DNA of 63,094 nucleotides, filler included, from Dimorphilus gyrociliatus (GCA_904063045.1; 4 parts of 4 records of this genome joined end to end with filler, not necessarily neighbours in it); one strand, 5' to 3'; positions 36,129 to 48,761 are shown, numbered from the whole stretch's first letter. The notes: generated by a model not told the origin, from the letters alone. Translations and numbers: made by a program.

Positions 36129-38172
36129 TTAAAAATTTAAATCAGATAACTTACTATCAGAAAAGACATCAATTTCGGTAATTCTCTCAATTTCATTTGA
36201 ATCCAGTAGTATAGATGTCGCTTTAGTATTTAAATATTTAGTGCATAGAGTATGGCTTATTATAATTGTATTTTCCACTTGTATTGTAGTAGTATTAACA
36301 ATTATAGCTGATTCATATAGTTTAATATTAATGACTGCCATTGATGTCATATTTAACACTATAAACAAAAAAAATTTCTTGAAATATAACTACTAAAAGA
36401 AGAACACGTGACTTTGCCAGTTATGCAGGCAAACTTGACATTTACTAAGGAAAATTCAATTTTTATGATTTCACCAGGAAATAGGCTAACATAATTAGTA
36501 ATTCCTTGAAAATAGTAAATATCATCAGTTAGATGTGCTTTGATATCATTGGATTCTTTAGTAATTGCCTTAATTTCTTGTTTCATGTTCTTGTCTATAA
36601 GATAAAATAGGAGAAAAATATAAAAAATATGATTCAAATTTTAAAAACAATGACAGTTGACACCAATGTTTGGGTAGAAGGGAATAATAGTTTTATAAAA
36701 AATTTTGTGAAACTTACCACCACCACTCCTATCAGAATGACCATAAATTGTTATGCTACAAATATCTAATTGATAGACATTTTTTAAACCAGTCTTATCA
36801 AAAGAATTAATGAGCAAGTAACTTCCAGTTATGGATGAATTTGTAAAAAATTTATGTGTTGCATGAGAACGAGAAAAAGTTGAATTATAATCCTCAACAA
36901 GATAGTTTGCTTTAGGATTAAAAATAGTTTGAGGTGAATCACTGATAGATATGTAAATATTTTCAAATGTTTCAGGGACATCTGAAAAACAAAATTTTAA
37001 TTTATTTGTCATTTTTTCACTCTCTCTCTCTCTCTTTCTATTTCTTTACCATTCTTCTCTGAGGATAAAATGAAAACTCCAAAAACATCTACTTCCTTTT
37101 GGAAATTTATTCTAATAAAGAGGTCTGATTCTGAAGTTTGTTGAAATGCAGTTAAACATTCAGTGTTAATCAGATCACTTATGATGAAATCATTGTGAAA
37201 ACTTTTGAAATTTGATGACGTGATCACTTTATAATCTACAAAAGATGATAAAAAAGTCATCTGATTAAAGTAATGAGAGATATGCTAACCTCTCTCCTCA
37301 ATAAATTCCCCATAGACTTTTACATCACAAAGCGTTAGAATTGCATAGTTTTTCTGAGATATTTTTAGAAATGACCCAATGGAGTTGGATTGACAATTGA
37401 AACATTCCTAATCATTAAGAGTATTTCCTGCTTTTACAGGTGTAGTCTGAGTAGTTTTACAAATACTTTCCTGCTCATCATAAAGATTTTTCTGGACAGT
37501 TATATTAAAGTCAACTAAACGTCCAGCTAGATAGGAAAATGTTTGTTTTGTTTTAACATCTCTGTCTATCAATGTATTATATTGATTGGATGCAACAAAA
37601 AATGGCCCCAAGAGCATGGTTTTTCCCTAACCCTAAACCATCCCTTATGTACCCTAACCATTTCCATTTCTCCTGACCCTTAGATAGGACCCTCCTAACT
37701 ACAAATCAATTGATACCTTTTTCCTCCTAACCATTTCTCAACCCAAAAAATTGCCTTCAAATATCCAACTTGGGTCCAATTTTTGTTGATTCCATATTAG
37801 TTTACTTACAATTTGATTTTCTATTTAACTAACAAACTCTAGTTATGTTGTAATTATTTTTCAAGTCTGCCAACCACCAACCATAATCTGGACCTGCAGA
37901 TGTGTGACTACAGTGGAATTTTTGATTAAAATGGTCAGTGTGAATAGGATAGTCATTTGCTTTGTAAGCCCAGTGATCACCAGGGGTAGTACTTTGAAAA
38001 GCTGGACTATTCCTTATTAGATTGCCTTCCTCCTCATACTCTACACAGATAATTGATTCTGTGAAAAAAAATATACAAGTGTCTCTCACTGGTTGGTTAT
38101 CTTATACTAATGACAATAATATTCACCTGTCAGATAGAGTAAAATGAGATGAAGGTAGATGAAGTCTTTCAT
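36129..38172 (-). CDS. Secreted multi-exon protein with F-type lectin (FTP)/F5-8C-like domains; 3' end uncertain, may extend to ~35400
   Basis: Signal exon MKDFIYLHLILLYLT|gtgaat at 38172; GNLIRNSPAFQSTT..AYKAND..CSHTSAGPDYGWWLADLKNNYNITRV fits the FTP pattern; later LDICSITIYG. Confidence 0.65.
37588..37793. mobile_element. Mutator-type MITE in an intron of the F-type-lectin-like gene
   Basis: TIRs ggatgcaacaaaaaatggcccc / gggtccaatttttgttgattcc; near-TSD atattgatt / atattagtt; ccctaaccctaa inside. Confidence 0.75.
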
Positions 38173-38299
38173 TTGAATTATGTAAAACAAAATGATTCTT
38201 CACTCCAGAAGTAGATTTATCTAAAATGACTGTAACTACCAATAAGTAACAGCAACCTGCTTAATTAATACTGAAATATTTATGAAATAATGAATTTTT

Positions 38300-40791
38300 T
38301 ATTTGCAGTTATTTAGATTGGGGCAAGTTTTCAAAATTTCACAAAAATCTCCAAAAAACCCATCATTACATAAACATTTGCTTGGTTCTATACACTCTCC
38401 ATTTAATGAACAATCTCTCTCACATATAGCATTTGAACAAGATGCTCCATCCCATCCTTATTCACATAAACATACATCAAATCCTATGCAAGGTCCATGA
38501 TTTGAGCAATAGTTAACACTCTCAAAAATTTATTGCAAGCAAGTTGTCCCAGTATGTCCTATTTCACAGCTACATTTATCATGATCAATGCATATGCCAC
38601 CATTTGAGCAAACATTGAAACAAATTGCTTTTTCTGAACAATTACTTTTTGTCCAACCTTCTTCACATTCACAAATACCAGTTTTTATGCAAATTCCTCT
38701 TGATGAACAGTTCCCTTGACATATTGCTTTGGTATCGCATTTTGATCCTTCATAGCCTTTGAAACAGGAACAAAATCCTTCAGAGCAATTGCCATGGATA
38801 CATTCACCACATACACCATTCTCACAATAATCTCCAGACCATCCATCAATACATATACACACTTTATCCTTACACACTCCTCTATTTGAGCATTGACAAT
38901 GTTTAGATGTCAAGGTGGCTTGTTTTGCTATTGAAGGATCATCTGACATAACAACATCATAAACACATCTATTTTTATGATCTTGACTGATATCTTCAGC
39001 TGAACATAGCTGTGATGCGATATCAATTTTTGATTGGTCAATTTTGTCAAGATTATAAATAGGTTTATAACCAGTATCTGTGTATCTAGAGTCCATGATA
39101 TCATCTTTGTGAAAATTGGATAATTTTGGTGACCAAGAGTTAAATGTGCCACCATCTTTCCAAAAAGTATTTTTCATTCTCCATGATTCCACAAAGTCAA
39201 TGTGAGAAGTAAAATTTTCACCATTTGGACCTTTGAAGTCATCACTTTCAATGTCATTCATTAATCCAAAAATCCCAGAAGTTATATTAAACATTCCATT
39301 GTTTGCAATAATTGACAAACTTATAAACTGATTTTGCATTTTAGGGCTATGTGATGTTACAACTGTAATTGATGCTCCACTAATCATTTTTACAAGTGTC
39401 CTACTTGTTTTTGGGAAATTAGAGAAGTAGGTGAAATATCAAGATGAATTGTTCCATTATCAAATGTCATTGAATGATTATGACCTAAATTGGTAAGAAG
39501 AACACCATCTAACCTTACCAGAGGAAAGTCATTATATGCTACATTTGCTCTACTAGATATTGTTAAGATGGAAGATTTTCCTATTTTAATTGCAATTGCC
39601 ACAATAAATAATGTTGTTTTATGAGCAAAAAATCTGTATTGATATGAAATAACAGGTGAGATACAACCCCAAAATTGACCAATTCCAAAAAAGTCAAATG
39701 CTCTACCATCAAGGGTTTTTAAATGAGGATCATCCCATGTGTTTCTTGGTGCACGTATTTCACAGGCAGAACCAATCCACCATCTAAAACAAATACATCT
39801 GGATTGACAGTCATTCTCTGCTCTACAAATGCCATGACCATTACAGTTGGCAGGTTTACAAGCTGATTGCTCACTTTCCCTTTCTTTTCTACTGGTAAAC
39901 AAATACCATTAATTCCACACTGATTTCTACAAATACACTCTCCAGAATGTGATCTATTTGCTATCAAATTTTTAGAACATTTTGAGCAACTCTGACAATG
40001 ACATAATCCATTTACAAGTCGTGATATAGAACCATCAGGACAGACACAGGAACATCCATTCTCCTCATTAAGAATACCATTTGCTGATCCGTCAGGACAG
40101 CAAAAGCATTCTCCTGAATTGAATTTAAAGCTATTTTCTCTCTTTCCTTTATGACATTTACAAGGACACCTACATTAATTATTTTTCTTGTTGAGAGACC
40201 CATAGCTAATCCCATTGAACAAAATGAATTGTTTGTCAATGCAATTCTCACAAAATAGAATATTATTGTAATTAGAAAGAGATACTTTTCCATTAATTGC
40301 CATTTTATTGAAATTTGCACTAGCTGTATCAGGTCTATCATAGTTGCATATATTTTCATTAGCATATCCACTTTTGATTTCTAGTTCTTTGATTATTTTC
40401 ATATTTATATATTTCTATATTTGCTATTCTTACCAGCTGGCCAATTATTTACCAATTTCCAACCTCCATTTTTACTGAAGTATTTCTCTGTGTCTTTATT
40501 GATAACTTCTTCATTGTCCAAAGGACATTTTAGTAATACTGTTGCACTGAATGGAATATTTATTTTTCCATATCCATTTCCTGTCAACTTAAATTCACAT
40601 TTGTTTCTTTTCTTTTCTGTTCTTGTCCTAAAGCTTTCTCATTTTCTTTTATCATAAAATATAAAGTCAATGTTAGAATCACTGGAAAGTATACATTGTC
40701 TTGAATGAAACATTAATTTGTCTCTTGATTGAATAGATATTGGTCCTAATGAAAATTTTGTCAAATAGATTACACCAGGAATTTTTAATCC
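38300..40791 (-). pseudogene. vWD-domain plus tenascin-type EGF-repeat protein (VWDE-like), disrupted; 5' end in gap
   Basis: WDDPHLKTLDGRAFDFFGIGQF (vWD), CVYDV (C8-like), serial EGFs CSNRGVC..C.C..GW.G..C; in-frame TAA at ~40175, 38530 and 38460; frameshifts at ~40405, 39880 and 39395. Confidence 0.8.
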
Positions 40792-40891
40792 NNNNNNNNN
40801 NNNNNNNNNNNNNNNNNNNNNNNNNNNNNNNNNNNTTAATTAATTAANNNNNNNNNNNNNNNNNNNNNNNNNNNNNNNNNNNNNNNNNNNN
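40792..40891. other. Artificial contig spacer
   Basis: N44-TTAATTAATTAA-N44. Confidence 0.97.
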
Positions 40892-43725
40892 CTACTTATT
40901 CTTATTATATTGAAATTCGATCAACTCCAGAAAAAGGATCGAAAACGCCATCCGCTCTGACGATTAAGTTATATGAACAAGGGAGTGAAAAGTTTATTCG
41001 GGCAGTTCTCCCACAGATAAAACAGGAAATACCTATTGCAATTTTATTCAGAGCATTAGGATTTTTATCAGATAAAGAGATAGTTGATTTTTTAACACTT
41101 AATTCAGAAGATAATAATAGCACTGACACCGCAACAATTACACCACAGGACGAATATTTTACATTTATCAAACCAAGTATTAATGAAGGATCAACAGTAA
41201 ATGATCAAGAATCTGCTCTAGATTTTATAGGGAGAAGAGGCGCCCCTATAGGTGTAAATAAGGAAAAAAGGATAGCATTTGCTCGTTATATTTTACAAAA
41301 AGAATTTCTCCCTCATATTGGTACACGGGAATTTTGTGAAACAAGAAAAGCATATTTTCTAGGATACATGGTCCAAAAACTCTTAAATGTCGCAATGGAA
41401 AGGGAAGAAGTGGACGATAGAGATCACTATGGAAAGAAAAGAATGGATTTGGCAGGATCGCTTCTCGCTTCTTTATTTAAAACCCTTTTTAGAAAGTTAC
41501 AGCAAGAAGTCTCAAAGCATCTTCAAAGATGCATAGAATATAATCGTGAATTTTCAGTGGCTATTGCTCTTAAAACAAATATTATTACACAAGGATTTAA
41601 GTATGCACTTGCAACTGGAAACTGGGGAGAACAAGGAAAAGCAATGCAGTCAAAAAGTGGTGTAGCACAAGCCCTTAACAGATATAACATTGTTTCAACC
41701 CTTAGTCATTTAAGGAGAGTTAATACACCAATAGGAAGGGATGGTAAATTAGCAAAGCCTAGGCAGTTACATAATACTCACTGGGGAATGATTTGCCCTA
41801 GCGAAACACCGGAAGGACAAGCTTGTGGTTTAGTAAAAAACTTAAGTTTAATGGCTTATATCTCTGTCAAGTCATCATCGCAAAGCATTATACAATATTT
41901 AGAAGAATTGGGTATGGAAAACTTAGAAGAAACAAATATTAATAAGATTTCTCAAATGAGCAAGGTTTTTGTTAATGGTCACTGGGTAGGTGTACACTCT
42001 AGTCCAGATAAAGTAATTTTGTTTTTAAAAAGTCTTAGAAAAAGAGGTATATTAAGAAAGGATGTCAGTATTGTTAATGACAACAATAATAAAGAAATAA
42101 GAATATGGTGTGATGCAGGAAGGCCAACAAGACCACTTTTTGTTGTTAAAAATAATAACGAATTAATGATCAAAAAAGAACATTTAATAAAAATAGAGAG
42201 AAAAGAGTTAACCGTTGATGATCTTATCAGATTAGGAATTATAGAATATTTAGATGTAGAAGAAGAAGAATCTGTATTAATAGCACTTAATGTAGGCGAA
42301 CTGGGGAAAAAAGAAAATAGATATACCCATTGTGAGATTGATCCAACGTTAATACTTGGTATATCCGCATCAATAATCCCCTTCCCAGACCATAATCAAT
42401 CTCCTAGAAACACTTATCAATCAGCGATGTGCAAACAGGCTATGGGCGTTTTTTCTACTAATTTTATGATTAGAATGGACACTTTAAGTAACATATTATT
42501 TTATCCTCAAAAACCTCTAGTTACTACTAGAGCTATGAAATTTATGAAGTATGAAGAACTACCAACAGGAATGAATGCAATAGTAGCAATTGCATGCTAC
42601 ACAGGTTATAATCAAGAAGACAGTATTATTATGAATCAAAGTGCGATAGACCGAGGGCTTTTTAGGTCCTTCTTTTATAGAACTTATTCAGATCGTGAGA
42701 GTGAAAGATCCAATATAAGTGAAAAATTTAAGAGAGTCGATAAAACAGTTTATAGAAGAAAGAATCTAAACTATGAAAAGTTAGACGATGATGGAATAGT
42801 TCCACCAGGTGTAAGGGTATCAGGCGAGGACATTTTAATAGGGAAGGTCATTCCAATCAAGGACCCTGCTAGTGATGTAGAACGTTATATTGAAAAGGAC
42901 GCCTCAACAGCTATGAGAAAAACAGAAAATGGTGTTGTAGACACTGTTATTATAACCAGTAAGGATGGATTTAAGTTTGTTAAAGTTAAAGTTAGAAGCT
43001 GTAGAATTCCACAAATGGGAGATAAGTTCGCTAGTAGACATGGACAAAAAGGTACTATAGGTATCTGTTTAAGACAGGAAGATATGCCTTTTACTAAAGA
43101 AGGAATAATTCCCGACATTATAATTAATCCTCATGCTTTTCCGTCTAGAATGAGTATTGGCCATTTAATTGAATGTTTACTAGGAAAAGTTAGCTCACTA
43201 AGTGGAAATGAAGGTGATGCTACCCCATTTTCCGATTTAACTGTCGATCAAATTAGTAAAGAGCTCGAATCTTATAATTATGATCCTTATGGATATGAAG
43301 AGATGTTTAATGGAATGACAGGAAAAAAATGTAAAGCTAAAATTTTTATTGGACCAACTTATTACCAAAGGTTAAAACATATGGTTGAAGATAAAATACA
43401 CGCACGCTCTGAAGGACCTATACAAATACTAACAAGACAACCTTTAGAAGGAAGGTCTAGAGATGGTGGTCTAAGATTTGGAGAAATGGAGAGAGACTGC
43501 ATAATTTCTCATGGATTAGCACTTTTTTTAAAAGAAAGACTTTTGGATGTAAGTGATTCCTATGTTACATATGTTTGTAGTACTTGTGGTTTATTTTGTT
43601 TAACAGAGAGCTGTAAAGGTTGTAATAGCAGAACTGCTAAGAAAATACAAATTCCTTATGCATTTAAATTATGTTTACAAGAGATGATGGGTATGAATAT
43701 AGCACCTCGACTTTTTTTTGACTAA
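40892..43725 (+). CDS. RPB2: RNA polymerase II second-largest subunit, 5'-truncated by the contig edge, microsporidian type
   Basis: Frame open from the contig start (IPIAILFRALG, ALDFIGRRG) through RDHYGKKRMDLAG, CPSETPEG..GLVKNL, GDKFASRHGQKG, YQRLKHMV.DKIHAR, GGLRFGEMERDC; no introns; short Zn-binding tail and end MMGMNIAPRLFFD. Confidence 0.97.
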
Positions 43726-44041
43726 AATTATTTTATAGTAAAGATTTGTTATAATACATACATTCGTATAGTTGTTAAATGACAATTGATAAAATCATTG
43801 AATTATAAAAAAACAATAATATATAATTTGAAGCAATGTTTTTTTATTGTGTTTTTAATGGTTAAGCCTTAAAAATATAAAATTTTTATAAAATGCGCTG
43901 AAACTCAATCTCATGAAAAAGTTTGAAATAAAAACATTTTTAAATATTTTATATTTCAATTAACCTGTAAATATTTAGAAAACTGGCTTTTTCGTTTAAT
44001 TAGACTGTTACAGTATAAACATATTTTTTAAAGAATAAATC

Positions 44042-45148
44042 GGGGCTGGTTTGAAATTCTGCCTACCTTAGGGTAGGCAGAATTTCAAACCAAAGCACTT
44101 TTTTATTTTTATTTTATTGCCCCTTAATGAATAATTTTAATATGGATGATTTATATTTTAGAAATAATAGTGAACTAATTGACTTTTTTGTTGATAATCA
44201 TATTTTGTCGATCTCTAAAGATTGCATATGTGGTAATGATATGAAGCTTATCCCAGTTTCTTCTGTTACTGGTACAAAATTAATCTTTAGATGTAAAAAG
44301 AAAGGTTGTCAAAAAAGAAAAGGTTTAATATCTTTTAATATTGACTTTAGTAAGATGCTTCGAATATTATATCGCCTTATGTCGTCATCTACATATAGAG
44401 ATGTACAAAGGGAATATGATGTTTCTAAAAGTACTGTTTGGGCTATCAAAAAAGCCCTAGAAGGTGTATATCACAATCACCTTGAACAGTATCCTAAAGC
44501 TATTGGTGGACCTGGTGTTATTGTTCAAATAGATGAGACATGTATATGTAGAAAGAAAAAGATTTTACTACCAACAAGTACTCCTGATGATATAAAGGAC
44601 ACTGTTTGGGTAATAGGAGCCATGGAAGAATCTGGCCATCAAAATTTTATACTATGTAATATTCCAAATAGGAAAATCAATACACTTTCAAGCATTTTAG
44701 AAGGAAAGATAAGGGTAGGAAGTATATTAAGAAGTGATGGTCATCCATCTTATCCTGGTGTTGCTAGAAACTTGGGGCTTATACACCAGAAGGTTGATCA
44801 TGACAATGGATTTAAGTCTATTGATGGAGTACACACGAACAACATTGAGGCTCTTTGGTCAAACTTAAAAAGATGTCTTAGGAATGAAAATGGAGTTATG
44901 AGAAGTAATCTAGAACATTGGATAAAGACTTACACTTTCAAAAAAAGATATTTATTTAATGCAACAAATGAGGAATTTAATTCTATTTTTATTGAAATAT
45001 GTAAGAAATTTTTTAATAAATAATTTTTTAATAAATAATTTTTTAAAAAAAAAATTTAAAACATAGGTAGGTACATAGGTACCTACCTTAGGTCGAAAAG
45101 TACACAAGGGTACTACCTTATGGGTAGGCAGAATTTCAAACCAGCCCC
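44042..45148 (+). mobile_element. Merlin (IS1595/ISXO2-like) DNA transposon, apparently intact
   Basis: TIR ggggctggtttgaaattctgcctacc at both ends; 8-bp TSD aataaatc (44034-44041, 45149-45156). Confidence 0.93.
44127..45023 (+). CDS. Merlin DDE transposase, 298 aa
   Basis: Zn ribbon CICG..CKKKGC, HTH, VQIDET, LRSDGH, GVHTNNIEALW, YTFKKR. Confidence 0.92.
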   Translation: MNNFNMDDLYFRNNSELIDFFVDNHILSISKDCICGNDMKLIPVSSVTGTKLIFRCKKKGCQKRKGLISFNIDFSKMLRILYRLMSSSTYRDVQREYDVSKSTVWAIKKALEGVYHNHLEQYPKAIGGPGVIVQIDETCICRKKKILLPTSTPDDIKDTVWVIGAMEESGHQNFILCNIPNRKINTLSSILEGKIRVGSILRSDGHPSYPGVARNLGLIHQKVDHDNGFKSIDGVHTNNIEALWSNLKRCLRNENGVMRSNLEHWIKTYTFKKRYLFNATNEEFNSIFIEICKKFFNK

Positions 45149-47207
45149 AATAAATCTATAAGGTTTTATATCTAATCGATACTGTGAAGTCCAAAAAAAT
45201 AGAGTCTTTTTTTTTGGAAAGTGTAAATATAAAATAAAATTTTATAAGTAAAATGATTAATCAATAAACAAATAATCATTTATACAACCATTTCTTTTCT
45301 AAAAACGTTCTTTTATTTAAAAAATTTAACTTGATGTACGAATAATGTTTGAAAATTTTGATTTATAACTATAAAAAGTCTTTATCAAAGTTTAAAAAGT
45401 TTCAATTATTAAGGGGAAATGCTGTTTTTTAAGTTTAAATGTAATTTATCTTTTTAATAGTGATTTATTGAAATATTTGATATATAATAAGTATGAACAA
45501 CATGATAAAAATAATTTGTTTCCATTTTAAACATGTTAGCGAAAATATTGATATATATATGTGCAATATCTTGTAATTGTAATGGTAGAATAGTTATACT
45601 TAAAAAAAGTGTCTGGAACAGTATATAAAAAAGGTATAATTTACTCCCATAAATTTGCGCTCAAAAATTGTCTGATCAATAATTTTCTAACATAATAATG
45701 ACTCAATATATATCTGTTGCCAACCCCAATACATATGCTGGAGGTTCCACGCACTAAATAGTTGATAAAAACATTGAAACAGAGAATATTCTACTTACAG
45801 TTTTTTGATTGATTCTATAGAGAATATTTGTAGAATTGCTTAAAAAAAAGAGGTAAAATAAAAAAAGAAATAATCAAAATATGGGAACTTTATTAAACCA
45901 CGGATGATTAAAATGTACACACTAAGTCTTCACAAAACAATATTAACTATATAAAGATATTAAAAAGGAAACAACATTTTTTAGGCTGAATTACTAAAAA
46001 TTACCGTCAAAAACAGCTATAATAATGGACGTTATAGATTAAAATATGTTAGAATTTACCTGAATATTCAAAAAAAGAGCATTAGAAGTTCATGGTGTGA
46101 CAAGAAGTCTTATTTAAAATTAATTTGAATAGAATACCATTCTAATACTTTTATATTAAATTAAAAAGGTATACTTTAATCAAATCTCATAAACGTAGAG
46201 TATTCTTGACTATTTAAATTCACGTGAATTTATATAATTTATTTTATTTTTAGCAAAAGCTTTTTAAGATTTGACTTAAAAAATAGTCTCACATTCTTTA
46301 GACTCGTTGAATTTTAATATTATCTTTTTTCTGTGTTAGAAATACATTAAATAGTATAAAAAGCTTTAAAATAATTTGTTTTTAAAAAATCAAATAAAAT
46401 TTATATCTTAGTCAAGACCGCCAATTATTTAAATTTATTATTATTTTAAAGTATTTAAATGTGTATTTAAACATTATTATTAATTGGTATTTCAGCTTAA
46501 AAGCATATTCTATTGTTTTGTTGTAAAGTGAAGGTCTACTTGACTTTTTAAATAGCCTAAGTGACGATTTAAAGTCTAATGATTCAGCCCTGTAAAGAAA
46601 AATTCTATTAGCAATCCTCTATAAGTTCCTATTCTACCAGTAACACTCTAGCTCTCAATAAAATATTTAATATTTTAAATATTTCTATTATTCACATTTT
46701 AACTTCATCTGCATACCAAAATAACTATATTTATCCATCTGTAAACTTAAATCCCAATAAACAGTATTTCATTTAATTCTGATAATGAACACAGTCATTT
46801 GTATTAACTCCTCATAATTCTAGCTATAAAGGATTATATGAGTTATATGAGTATACAATATTTTGAAGAAATAAATCCATTAGATATGATTTTTTAGGAA
46901 TGCTTTAAATAAAAAAACTTCTATTAAAACATTTTTAAACAGTTAATAATACAATTAAATATAATCAAAAATCCCTTGCTATTTTTATACTAGTATATTT
47001 TCCACAGATTAGAAACATCTAATTTATCCATTCTAAATTCTAGTTTTGTACCTTTTATTCTATTTTTTATTTAGATACTTTATTGTACAACTTTGACCTT
47101 CTATTTTATGACCGTTTGATTTATAAATATTCAAAGCTTAATATTAATTTACGATATTTTTTGTTATGTTGGAAGTTTTGAATGATTTCAAAAGATTATG
47201 TTATATA

Positions 47208-48678
47208 CAGTGAGGGACAAAAAAATGGGACACCCTAAAAAATGAGTTTAAAAAAGGTATAGCTAAAATGTAAAATAGTGATGTGGTCTTGTATTAATTA
47301 AATAAAAAATTTTTATAATTCATTATTTTTAAGGTCATATTTTTGTTGGGATTTGATGGATTTTTTAAAAAACAGGGACAAAAAAAATGGGACACTTACT
47401 AAAAAATCCAATTTAATACTTAGTATGACCTCCTTTCATGTTAAATACAGCTTCTGCTCTTCTTGGCATACTATCTATAAGCTTTCTTATATATGCTAAT
47501 GGTATATTATTCCATATTTGGGTTATTTCCTCCTTTAATTGATTGATTGATTTTATGTGTATTTTTTCTAGCTTAGATTCTATAAACCCCCATACGTGTT
47601 CTATTGGGTTCAAATCCGGACTCTGGGCTGGCCATTCTAATAATTTAATGTTCTTTTCGGTGAAAAACTCCATTGTTAACTTTGATTTATGACATGGAGC
47701 GTTATCTTGTTGAAAGATATGGTCTTTTATCAGGCGTTTGGTTCTTTCTAATTCAAAAATATTTGATAATAGACTAATATACTTCATGGAGTTCATTGTT
47801 CCTTCAATGAAAGTTAACTCACCTACACCTTCATAGCTAATATAGCCCCACACCATTACACCTCCTCCACCAAATTTTACAGTCTTTACTGTATTTACAT
47901 CATGGTACTCAGAATTTATTTTTCTGTACACTATAACTCTTTTGTTGCTATTGGATAAGCAAAATTTGCTTTCATCACTATAAATTATTTTTCTAAAAAA
48001 ATCATCACTATTGAATAAAATCTTTTTCGAAAAATTTAGTCTTTGCAGTCTATGTAGACGAGATAAGAAAGGCTTTCTCCGTGCTATTCTAGCATGTATT
48101 CCTCTACTCTTTAAACATCGTATAACTGTTTTTTTTGATACTTGAATATTAGCTTTTTCCTCAAGCTTTCTTGCTAGTTGATTTCCTACTAGTCTCGGAT
48201 TTTCTTCTGATATTTTTTGTAAAACATCTATTTGGTCACTATCAAGCGATAGACGTCTACCAGAACCTTTTTTTCTAAATATATCTCCATTATCCTTGAT
48301 TTTTTTTACAATTCTTCCAATAGTAGATTTACTTATTTGCATTATCTCCGAGATTTTTCTGATGGAATACTTTGCTTTTCTTAATCCTAAAACCTCACCA
48401 ATCTCTATTTTACTAATATGTTTTGCCATAGGGGATAAGTTTTAAGGTATTTTATAAAAATTTTTAGCTCATTTTGTAACTTTTTAGTAAGTGTCCCATT
48501 TTTTTTGTCCCTGTTTTTTAAAAATCCATCAAATCCCAACAAAAATATGACCTTAAAAATAATGAATTATAAAAATTTTTTATTTAATTAATACAAGACC
48601 ACATCACTATTTTACATTTTAGCTATACCTTTTTTAAACTCATTTTTTAGGGTGTCCCATTTTTTTTGTCCCTCACTG
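47208..48678 (-). mobile_element. Intact Tc1 element with ~198-bp IR/DR-type terminal repeats and TA TSD
   Basis: TA|cagtgagggacaaaaaaatgggacac ... gtgtcccattttttttgtccctcactg|TA; the core gggacaaaaaaa(a)tgggacac occurs at both ends of each arm. Confidence 0.95.
47413..48429 (-). CDS. Tc1 transposase DD34E, 338 aa
   Basis: Paired-like HTH, GSGRR, ARRKP, IYSDES, KFGGGGVMVWG, FQQDNAPCH, WPAQSPDLNPIEH; 34 residues between the second D and E. Confidence 0.95.
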   Translation of the reverse strand: MAKHISKIEIGEVLGLRKAKYSIRKISEIMQISKSTIGRIVKKIKDNGDIFRKKGSGRRLSLDSDQIDVLQKISEENPRLVGNQLARKLEEKANIQVSKKTVIRCLKSRGIHARIARRKPFLSRLHRLQRLNFSKKILFNSDDFFRKIIYSDESKFCLSNSNKRVIVYRKINSEYHDVNTVKTVKFGGGGVMVWGYISYEGVGELTFIEGTMNSMKYISLLSNIFELERTKRLIKDHIFQQDNAPCHKSKLTMEFFTEKNIKLLEWPAQSPDLNPIEHVWGFIESKLEKIHIKSINQLKEEITQIWNNIPLAYIRKLIDSMPRRAEAVFNMKGGHTKY

Positions 48679-48761
48679 TATAACATGTAAAAAGTTAAAT
48701 AAAGAAATTAGATTGCAAGATTTTAGTAAAAAAAATACAGATAGAGAAGGTATTAACATAA

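Noticed and set aside
38455-40180. Repeated in-frame TAA codons within conserved Cys-rich frames suggested UAA reassignment
   Set aside because: Intact host genes (LGR, GNAT, GPCR, PAN) end in TAA, the 837-aa ORF has no internal TAA, and the same region also has frameshifts; pseudogenisation is simpler.
40892-43725. RPB2 as a horizontal transfer into the animal genome
   Set aside because: It lies on its own contig bounded by artificial spacers, with no host introns or host repeats.
45200-47150. Possible genes in the long AT-rich interval of contig C
   Set aside because: No ORF of 60 aa or more and no recognisable motif; at most heavily decayed relics.
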